Source: Paragordius varius
Lineage: Eukaryota > Animalia > Nematomorpha
Assembly: GCA_964247055.1 (NCBI GenBank)
Contig: OZ176050.1
Span: forward strand, 13,392,001-13,456,000
Direction of reading: 5' to 3'
DNA: 64,000 nucleotides
In this document: in pieces, positions 40,288-50,800 of the stretch
Position numbering within the stretch: position 1 is the first letter of the stretch
Layout of the letters: each line of letters begins with the position of its first letter
Notes under the pieces: model-generated
Seen by the model: only the letters and a program-made list of their open reading frames with translations
Database searches by the model: none
Told to the model about the DNA's origin: nothing
Position numbers and translations under genes: made by a program

Positions 40288-41079
40288 ATTTCTCACGCAG
40301 GCCTTAACATATGGAATATAAATAAAAATCGTTAGTATTGTGGCGAGATGCTTATGAAAATATAACTTGCCATATTTTTTGTAAAAAATTTTACTAAGAC
40401 GCACGCAGTACACACAAAAATATATCCTAAAAAAAATGTTTTTGTTAGAAAAATGTGTCAGCATCATGGTGCCTTTGGTTTTGGGACTTGCAGGTCATAA
40501 AAATATTTGAAGTTCTGTGTTAATTCGTCCATATCGAGGCCGTAAATTAGCCCACATTGACGAAATAATATGTCTTTCATTTGAAAAAACTTTATTTAAC
40601 AGTGGCTCAAATAAAATATGAAATATCTGTTTCGGTAAGAAAATGTATCAGGATTATAATGGTGCTTTTGTTTCGGTCCTTACGACTATCAACAGAGTTA
40701 TTTGCACTTTTTTGGTTTGACAAAATTTGCCTACATTTTGACAAATATTTTTTTTGGTGAAAGCCTAATGCTTCATTCAAATACTATCCATAAATAACAA
40801 ACTACATATAAAAATCAAAAATACTATATATTTATAAAAATGGAAAGTGGTAACTTTGTGACTCTTTCCGAAAAACCGGTAGACCCATTCAAATGCAAAT
40901 AACAAAAAAATATAATCATTATAGAATGCCCCGACAATAACTTCGCCCTTCTTTGAATTAGGTTCCCACTCAAAAGTCCACAAAAATCGTGTTTTTGAGA
41001 CAAATCTCCGGAAAACGTGTTGCATTCGATTTCCAATATGATTTTTTTTACTTATTTTCGATTGCGCCGAACATAGTCG

Positions 41080-42300
41080 GCTGGCTTTTTTAATTTCCCT
41101 TTTTTTACCCGCTCTCCCCCTATTTTTTAAATCTATTTTTCGCCCAAGGTATGAGACAGTAAAAATTCAATAAGGATTCCACGTATTCCCTGGTAAAAGG
41201 CAAAAATTTTAGTCAAGCGTTTCTTTGTAGCTGCTGGGTAGGAGATACCCGCTAAAAACTGATCCGTCATATCATTGTGCCTTTGGGGCTAAATTTCAGA
41301 AAACTTATCGGGATGTATGAGTTCAACCCGTGCTTAAAATATTACCCGTAAAAAGCCAAAAATATCGAGATTTTTTAAATTAGCGGTTAAAACTCTGGGT
41401 AGGGTAACCGCGTAAAAATGCGTCACTATATCGATACAGCATGCATTTGGAGCCAAATTTCAGAAAACCTATGAGACTATGTGAGTTCAATAAGGGCCTA
41501 AAATATTTATTACCTCTTAAAAAACAAATATTTTAGTATAGGGGGTTATTTCGATAGGTCGCTAAGAAAAGTTTTACGCCCTGAAAAATTCGCCGCCATA
41601 GAACATGTTTTTGGTTTTGAAGCAATATTTCCAATAACATATAGGAACATATGGACATTATGATTCCAGATATTCCCCATATAAAAACAAAAATTTTGCC
41701 CGACGCCTTTTACCTGCCTCTGGGTAAGAAGCTACCCGCCGAAAACTGTGTCACTCTTAGAAATTGCGTTGTTTTGGAACTAATTTAAAACTTATGCCAT
41801 ATGAGCGCATTTAAAGTTCGAAATATTACCCGTAACTAGGAAAATTAAGGTCAGGCCTTTTTTTATTAGCCATATTTGGGGCCTTTATGCCCTAAAGTAC
41901 GTCATCATATAACGATTATTTACTGTTGAGGTATTTTTTCGAATAACCCATGAGACGATGGTCTCAAAGATTATTCCAAATATTTTCCCTATATAGGCAA
42001 AAAATTTACTTAGCGCTTTTTCCATATAGGCCTACGGGTAGGGGTCTACCGGTTTAAAACTGAGAAGCCATACAAAAATGACGTGGCTTTGGAGGTAATT
42101 TTCAAAAAACTCAAGAAACCATACGAGTCCAATAAAGGCTTTAAATATTACCCATAAAAAGGTAAAAATTATAGTATAGCGGTTTTTTGCATAATTTGGG
42201 GCCTCTCACCAGCGAACAATATATTAGTATGATTGAAAATCCTATGAGATCATAGCTATTAAATAATGTTTCGAATTAATCCACATATATGGATAATTTT
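41080..42300. repeat. Old tandem array of ~160-bp monomers (7-8 copies)
   Basis: A GGGTAG...TACCC...AAAACTG-like motif recurs at ~41237, 41397, 41558, 41721, 41876, 42036 and 42196. The motifs aaatattaccc and tttgg..aatttcagaaaac recur at the same period. Confidence 0.75.
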
Positions 42301-42765
42301 ATTGTAACTTTTTTCAAATAGCCCCCCCCCCCCCCAGAATTCCGAAGGACTTCCTCCGGTTTTATAAAATTTTAATTGATGTGGATTAGTTCCAAATTAT
42401 TTGCCCTCTAGAAATGGAATAGTTTTTATACGCAAATATGTAAAGATTGCGAGATTAAAATTATATATGCTAAATTTTGGCATTAAACAATTTTTTTTCC
42501 GAAAAATGGATATTTGCTTGAAATTTAATTTATCGTAAAATTTTTGTTGAAGCGTCTTTCTTGCTTTTCTGAAGCATTATGGAAACGGTAAGAAACACTT
42601 TTTCTATATAACTAAATGCTGCTGAACATTTATCTCACCTCAGAATTTTGTTTAAATATGTGATATATATTTTGTATTTCTTTTATGATAATTCCCCAAA
42701 ATTAACAGTAAACAAATCTTCAAATTAAAATTGTGAGAGAAATGTTAGGTATCATTGAATTAAAT

Positions 42766-44400
42766 TAGTGGTGTACTGAGGGGGGGCAAGGGGGTGCATT
42801 ATGCCCCGGGCGCCGTTATTTAGGGGCGCCTAAATGATTTTTTTACTTAAATTTAAATTATGGAAAACTAATTAACTTTCAATTATTTATTTCAACAGTT
42901 GATATAATAATCCTTAAATAATATAAAAATTATATAAGTGAGATCAAGAGCAATCATTATGTAAAAGACAACTTTCATGATATTCCCTTCAACATGTGCA
43001 AATTTATTCCTTCGCTTTTTCTTTATCACGCACATATTGTTAATTCTTTTATTGCCTTTAATATAATTTTTTTAACTTCTCTCTCTGTTCAAACCTTAAC
43101 TCTTTTTTCTTACAATTTATAATTGCATTTTTATTTTAATCATATTCAATTTCAAAACCCAATTTTATTTATTTAAATCCCCAATATCATTCCATATCTA
43201 ACAAGGTAGGTTATTTTTATTATTATTATTACCTTATATTATTTAGTTATTATCATTTTCATCAGATATAATACCTAAACTCAGCGGTTAAGCAAATAGG
43301 AAATGAAAAATCCAGAAGCAGAGTAAAACAAATAAAATGCGAATGTGTATGAAAACTTATTTAACGAAAATATCTGATCGTAACATTAAAAAAAGAACGG
43401 TACCCCTTAATATTAATAACTTAATACACCTGAAACCCTAGTTATTGATTGATATAAATAGAGATAAGATAATTACAAATATAGCATTAGTAATTCCAAG
43501 GGCAATTCCTATAGAGTTTAATGATGCTCCTATTTAAACTTTACTAATAATAATGTTCCCGTAATATCTAAACAACTTCGCACAGAAATGATCATTCGTG
43601 GATATCAAGGATATCAAAATAAATGTAATCTCTTTGAAACAAAAAATCATCGTTCAATGCCCTAATCTTGGTTTTTTCTACGAGTCATTTAATAAGAAGG
43701 ATTTGAAGTTGAGAGGTCTTGGCTTTTATATTCACCAAAAAACAGATCTGTGTGTTTTTGTTGCCTACTTTTTAATCGATCTAATTCTTTACCATCCTCT
43801 TTTATTACTACGCTTGGTTTCAATAAATGGAGGAAAAAAGATAAATTTATCCATCATGAAAATAGCCTCAATCATCGGAAAGCATTTACTACTTGGAAAG
43901 AGGCAGAAGAAGATTGATAAATAAAAATGGAATTGTTTCTGAAGCTCATATACAATCGGAAAAGGATGGTTGTTGGCCTGCTTAAAAATTTTAATCACCC
44001 AAAATCTCCCTTTAGGGCATGTTGAAAGTTTAATGTATCTTGATTCAGCACCAAGTCCTGGAAACTTATTTTTAATTTACTTAACCTTATAGCTCAGTTT
44101 TGACCTAATAATGGGAGACCACATGAGAAACATTGAATCTCCTAACAATTTATCCGATGTTTAATTCAAAATCCAAAACGAGTTTATACATCTTTAGCTT
44201 CAAGAGTTAAAGCTAAATTGATCAATGACATAAAAAAATAAATATTATGGACTTATATTTGATTCAACGCCATATATAGCCCACCGAGAACAAATTTTTC
44301 AAGTTGTCAGGTATCCCACTGGATTTTATCAGACGAAAATGCTGTACGCAAAGACATTTGTGGCGAGATTTCTGGTCCTATAGGTTTGTTTAATATTTTT
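42766..44400 (+). mobile_element. hAT transposon relic (ZMYM1/TTF zinc finger-type transposase), 3' truncated
   Basis: GC-rich left end TAGTGGTGTACTGAGGGGGGGCAAGGGG...GCCCCGGGCGCC. Frameshifted remnants read HENSLNHRKAFTTWKE, QNLPL-GH, SPGN-F, IAQF and YYGLIFDSTPYIAHREQIFQVVRY (hAT first catalytic-Asp region). Confidence 0.8.
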
Positions 44401-44629
44401 ACAATGATTAAACTGTAAAATAAATTCTCCACCTTTTTAGCACACTAATTTTATCTTTTGATTTTTTTGTTGAATTGCCGAAAACATGGCAAATTAAAAA
44501 AAGATAATATGGTTAGAAAATATACAGTGCTTTTGTTCACATGTTGTAAATGAAACTTCTATAATATTAATTTCGAAATCAGCTGTTTGTTTTAAATGCA
44601 TTGGGGGAATGTATTTTAGAAATTACTAA

Positions 44630-45190
44630 ACTTAAAAATTATATCTTTTTCGGTCTAATATCTAAGTACAATGTTTGATAATTATATATTATTAAAACCA
44701 TTAATTTTAGAGTTTAACAGGTTTAATGCGGTAGTAGAAAACCTCAAAATGTAATATCAAAAAAGAAAAAGTAATGAGATGTAAAAAATTATTCTTGTTA
44801 AAAATGATATTAATCAATATATTTATGTAAAAATGTATCAAGTAATATCTGAATTTTAAAAATAGCCATCCGATCCAATAAATCAAGAGCTAGAATTTGG
44901 GTCTCATATTCTATAGTAAATTATTTAGCTTTTTTGAACAATGCATCATAGAATGACATCATTAAATTTGGTATAATAATTATCTCGGTAACTAATATTA
45001 AAAATAGCTCGGTGGCTGAAACTCTTAAAAGGTATGAAGTGATGAGATAAAAGATATATTATAAACTTTTTAACTTATTATACAGTAATTATTCAAAAAA
45101 ACAAAGACGGTCTAACTAAATACGATTGACCCATGTGAATTATTGTTAAAATCAATTCAGTGCTATGAATATTGACTTACGATCAAAAAA
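44630..45190. repeat. Segment A' (inverted copy of 12770-13310)
   Basis: Collinear reverse-complement similarity to segment A with scattered indels. Confidence 0.85.
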
Positions 45191-45886
45191 TGTTAGTATA
45201 ATGATAATTGAACAGAAACTAATTGTTTGACAAACACAAAGAACCGGAACCAAAAACCCGGTTTTATATTAGGGTTTGGTTTTAACCGGTTTAAAAGCAT
45301 TCAAGCTCATAAGCACTCATTCATAAATTTTATATATGTTGATTCAATAAAACCAATTATGTGTTTTAAGCGTTGAAAAAATTTGATAAAATTCTATTTT
45401 ATGACCATTAAATATAAGTAATTTTAACCATTATTTTATATTATATATGTGTAAAAGTTTTTAAATAGTTATTCTTATTAGCTGTTGCTCACTCTATCTA
45501 CTCATTACCAGTCAATTCAATTCTAGCTCCTAAATCTTTATAGATAGTTCTCAAATAGACATATTCCAAAGGTTTCCAACACGCGGCTTACCGAAATATT
45601 TTTGAAGCCCTGGAGAAATTTAAAAAATACCTAATATAAAATCTAATTATTAAAAAATGTTATTTACAACATTTAAAACAAATTTTGGCAATAAATTATC
45701 AAAATTGTTCAAATAAATGGTAGTTATTTTTAAATCCAATAAATTTTTTTCAATTAATGCTCATATATGTCTATGTCCCGTCAGATTCTTGAGATTCAAA
45801 AATGCGGCCTTTTAAGCCATTTGCGTTGGACACCCCTAGTTTTTTGTATACTGATTAATCTAATAAAATGACATATATAAACATAG

Positions 45887-47407
45887 GGAAATTCAAAAGC
45901 TTAAAGCTGCCATAGTGAATAAACGATGCAAAAATGCCAATTATCGCCAAGTGCTACAAAACTATAAAACGACTGCCGAAACATGTTTTGCTAAAATGCA
46001 AGTTAAATATACGGAGGAAAGAAAGGTTGATTATATAAAATATAATTTTTATAAAAGTAAAAATATTTAAACTTATATCAAAATAAATAAATATATATGT
46101 ATATATATATATATATATATAGTAATAATTGATAATATCCAGACACAAATTTACGACCAATTTTTTTTGAACCTTTTTTATATAAATTATTTAATTACAA
46201 CTGTAAAACATATAATTAATTTTTTTACCAATTTATATCATTAGACTTTATTTAAAACATTGAGTTATATTAAAAAAAATCAGTTTAAGTAGTTACAGCA
46301 CTCTTATGAAAAAAATATTTCTTTATCTTTTTACGTATTGTTATGTATAATTTCATTTTTACTGCAATCAAGGAGAATTATGTAAAATATAACTTCTATG
46401 AGATTTATATAATAATTAATATATTATAAAGGTTGTCTCCGAAACTTTGGCTAAATACAGGAAAGAGCTTTCAATGTACAAAGATGATTGTATTGCATTG
46501 TCCACCCAATTATCAGCCAGCAGAAAAGTAAGTCATAATGAATCGAAATATTGATATATCTATCCTACTCTGTAATTTTTTTCTTTATTTCATTTTTATT
46601 CAACATTACTCAAAAATTAAGTCAATAATATCTTTACATTTTGAAACAAAGCTGTAAAATAAGCATTATATTTTAATGTTGCCATGAAAATAATTTGGTT
46701 TAAAAAATGTTGTTTTATAATGAAATGGGGCTTCATTTATATTTTGTAAAATTAGCAATAATCGCATAATTCCAATTAAAGCAAAAAGTTTCACGTAAAC
46801 AATATCCATTAAGTAAAAAGGGGTATAGTGCGAAAAGTTTCATATAAATTATAATTTTCAGGAATTTAGAGAGGCACAAATGCGTACGCTAGAATTGGAT
46901 AAAAAGTGCAAATACCTGGAATCCGAACACAAAATCCTGAATAGAATGCTTAAAACGGCCATTCAACAAAAGTTTTCGCTCATAGAAAAGGTGGAAAGTT
47001 TGGAATGCTTCAACTTTTTCCAAGATAATTCTCAACCAAATATAGTTCCTTACACTGTACCTAATATCAATATTCCTTCACATAAACCCGCTAAAAACAT
47101 GAACGATAAAACAAAACCCCTAAAATTACTTAGTATTAATAAAAACGCTCAACAAAAAGTGGCATTAAATATTAAAGGTGCACATAATCTTGAAAATTCC
47201 ACAAAATCAAACGCCAATGATATAAATAAAACGTCGTCTTTAAATGGGGAAGAAAACGGCTTTGTCAAGAAATTTGGATCCGTTTCCCTTCAAACTAAAC
47301 AAAAAAGTGGACGAACCATGCAAGAACTCCTCTCCCAAATGTCATTAACGGGTAGAAAATCGCCCTTGATTTCACGCGCATCTGCATCCAGAAATGGCGA
47401 TTCATAA
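45887..47407 (+). CDS. BICD: Orphan inverted duplicate of the last three BicD exons; ORF and splice sites intact (possible minigene or young pseudogene)
   Basis: Exons 45887-46025, 46432-46527 and 46862-47407 match 18092-18230, 17585-17680 and 16724-17269 with no indels or stops. The first in-frame ATG at 45996 gives 223 aa. No upstream BicD exons were found on this strand. Confidence 0.7.
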
Positions 47408-47891
47408 CTATAAAAACCTTACGAGTTTACGAATAAAAATAAAACATGGTAAAATCAAGTGTCATTTTATTAATATGGTAATTGTGGTTTTTATATGGTC
47501 ATAAATTTACATATTGTATGTGAGCAAAGTCGATTTTTTTGGCTTTTTCTAAAGTGTACATTGTTTAATTAAAGATAAAACAATATATAGTTGCTCATAT
47601 AGATTAAACAACACCTTTAAAAAATTATATTCTTTATTGTAATTAGTATTTTATAGCACAGGGTAAAAATGAGTCACAAAAGTTCTAATTTTTTTGAAAA
47701 AATTTACGGTATTTCTATATACATATTGGTATTTATTTTTTTCTCATATTCATATATAACTTATATATAACTTTGTCATATTTATATCTTTTTTGTTTTT
47801 GTGAAAATAAATAATGTCACACCATCATAAAATTCTCATTGAATATATATATATATATATATATTTACTATCTATCTGGAATTGTTTTTGA

Positions 47892-50800
47892 TTAAAAATT
47901 ATAATAACAGGCACAAAGGCAACCCGAGACAGGACATTCAACGTGATCTCTAAATAAATAACCAAAAAAACCAATAAAAATAAAAGCAAATGATTTATAT
48001 GTAAATAATGTATTAAGGAAGGAGGTAGATTAAAATAGAAAAACAGCGTAACTTGTTTGTGTGAAAAAACTGCACATAAAAAATTTTAATTACTAAATTC
48101 ATTGGTCGGTATAATATTGCAAAAACATTTTTGCCTGAATCTACGCTAAAATTTCATTATATACCATTTACAGTTCATATTCACCCTTAAACAATTCAAA
48201 TTCACCCTTGAACAATTCAAATTCACCCTTGAACAATTCAAATTCACCTTTGAACAATTCAAATTCACCCTAAAAATAAATTATGTGTTTTCGAACTAAT
48301 ATAACTCATTATTAATATGAAATATAAATTTATGGTGTAGTTAATTATTTTTTCAGTATTAATTTAATTTAAAACAAAATTTTTATTTTTTAAAAAATAT
48401 ATAAAATATAGGTATTTTTTGATCTTAAAAAACATATATTTTATTTGAGGGTGAATTTAAATTGTTCGAGGGTGAATTTGAATTGTTCAAAGGTGAATTT
48501 GAATTGTTCAAGGGTGAATTTGAATTGTTCAAGGGTGAATTTGAATTGTTAATGGTATATAAAAAAAATTGACGATAAAGATATATCTTGACGTTAAAAA
48601 ACATTAAGGAATTATATTTTTAATAGATTGCATTATTGAAATTATAGTGGGATTATCCAAATTCAGATTATAAAATTATAGGATTTTAAACTGGTTATAG
48701 CACGCAAAAAAATTAATTTCATAAACAGAGAAGGTACAGTAAAAATTGAAATATGGACAAAACGTAAAAATATAAAGACAAATATTTTTCTCTAAAAGAC
48801 AACCATACTTTTTAAATCGTAATTTTCTTAAATGTAATGATTGTTTTAAATTCCAAAGAATAATTATAGATGTTAATTGGTAAAACAATTAATATATATT
48901 TTAGGCATGTTAATAAATGTATAAGTAAGATTAAGGTTTAAAAAACTATGGTTGTATTTTAGAAAAAGATATTTGTCTTTATATTTTTACGTTTTGTCCG
49001 TATAATTTTAATTTTTACTGTGCACAAAAAGAGGTTTGATTGTATTCTATTATATAATATGCATTAATATGTGTTTGATTCTACGGATTATTTTGAAAAT
49101 TTTAGGTATATATAAAGGTTATTCGAAATTAATTTAAAATTTTTCTGAGGGTTACTTAAAAGGGATTGCAATATCAAGTTTTAAGTAAATTTTTGAAATT
49201 TATAAAACTTACTCAAACCATTCCTCCAGATGATTTATGTGACCTCCATGGTGACAACTCAGACACCAGCAAAACCATTTGTTCAAATTATCCAAATCTA
49301 TTACATTTTTTTAAAATATTATACATTGACATTCAAGAAAAATGTTAGTAATGTTTGTTAAAGCATATCTATGAAATCATAAAATTTGTTTAAAAAAACG
49401 AAATTTTGCATCTTAAATACTAATTTGGCATATATTAATTATAATTTTGTCATCTTATAATAGTCATTATTTATCAGTTAATCAGAAAATTTTTAATTTG
49501 TTATATACATAAAATTATATATAACCTTTATATAAATACTTTTATTCAGGGAAATTTTAAAACGCAAATATCAATACCAATGAGTTTATCAGCGATAGTT
49601 AAATTTGCTTTGACATTGCTACTATGATGAGATGTTATAGGTATATTAGTGTAATTAGTTGGTTTTTCATTTTTTAAAGCTGCTTTATTAAGCGGTTTAG
49701 TAAAAACCATTCGTTGCAAACATATTGCACAACGCGGTAAAGGCTTTCGACAATAATCACAACAATATAAATTTGGCGATTGCAGCTAATATACAAGGAA
49801 AATTGAAGATAAGGCACTACATATAAAGTTTAAGTCTAGGTATTTTATAAAGATCTCAACCCTAATAATATATTTCTGAAGCATGAATTGAAATGCTAGT
49901 ATTAGGTGTACTCAAAAGTTTTTATTGTTTTTTCGGCAAAATCATGTAAGTTTGAATGATAGCTTATTCTTTTATTTAAAATTTTATATCGATTTCTACA
50001 TATTTCGCCCATCTCTCAAGTAAGATTTATGCCGTGGCAAATTGATTGTCTTTTGCAGACCGTTTGCAACCTATTTCGATTCGACATTATCAATAGGTTG
50101 CTCTGCAAGGATGTGTGCCATTAATACAAAATCGTATTAGTCAAATGGCAACATTAGGTGAGTTCAGTGGATGTGAAAGAATTTTCTATCGAAACGATTT
50201 CAAGATACCTTTAGTTTTACTGTGTTAGACGAAACATTGTTATGTAGCAAAATCACTTGGACATGCCTTCTGGCCAATATCAATCGTTTTTCGATTAAAT
50301 GGCGACGTTTAAAGGTTTTCTCGGGTTTCAAAATTCATTATACAATAACTGATTCGCACCAGGTATAAAGCACGGTCTTCCTGCCGAAGCTATTTAACAT
50401 TGGCGTTGATGGACCAGGGCAAGGTGAAAGCCACGATTTTTCATTGGATTTACATAATAAAGCTATTTCTCATCACCCGTCTTCATTCGATGCAAAAATG
50501 ATTTCTTTTTGAGATTCAAAGAGTGTGGAACCCATTTACCAAGTTTATTTGTCTTCCTCTTGCTCGTGAACATCTATTAATTGTTTTTTGTAATACATGT
50601 AGCTTGTGCCAATTGTTATTAGTTTATATTGGGCATCCAATAACTCTTGCACTTTAGCGACTTCGCAGTGTATTACAGAGCGCCCACACTCTTTCACCTA
50701 AAATTACAAATTTTAATATTTCGAAACTTAACATGTGGTGATAGATAGAGCATGTTCACCATATATTTCTGCCAGCAAGAGATACCTTTCAACAACCTTT

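Noticed and set aside
40470-41036. Overlapping short ORFs in moderately GC-rich DNA
   Set aside because: No recognisable motifs in any frame; probably an unclassified TE remnant.
48180-48550. CRISPR-like appearance of the 21-bp repeat arrays
   Set aside because: The units are head-to-tail with no spacers, lie within TIR-bounded elements, and the DNA is eukaryotic with no cas genes.
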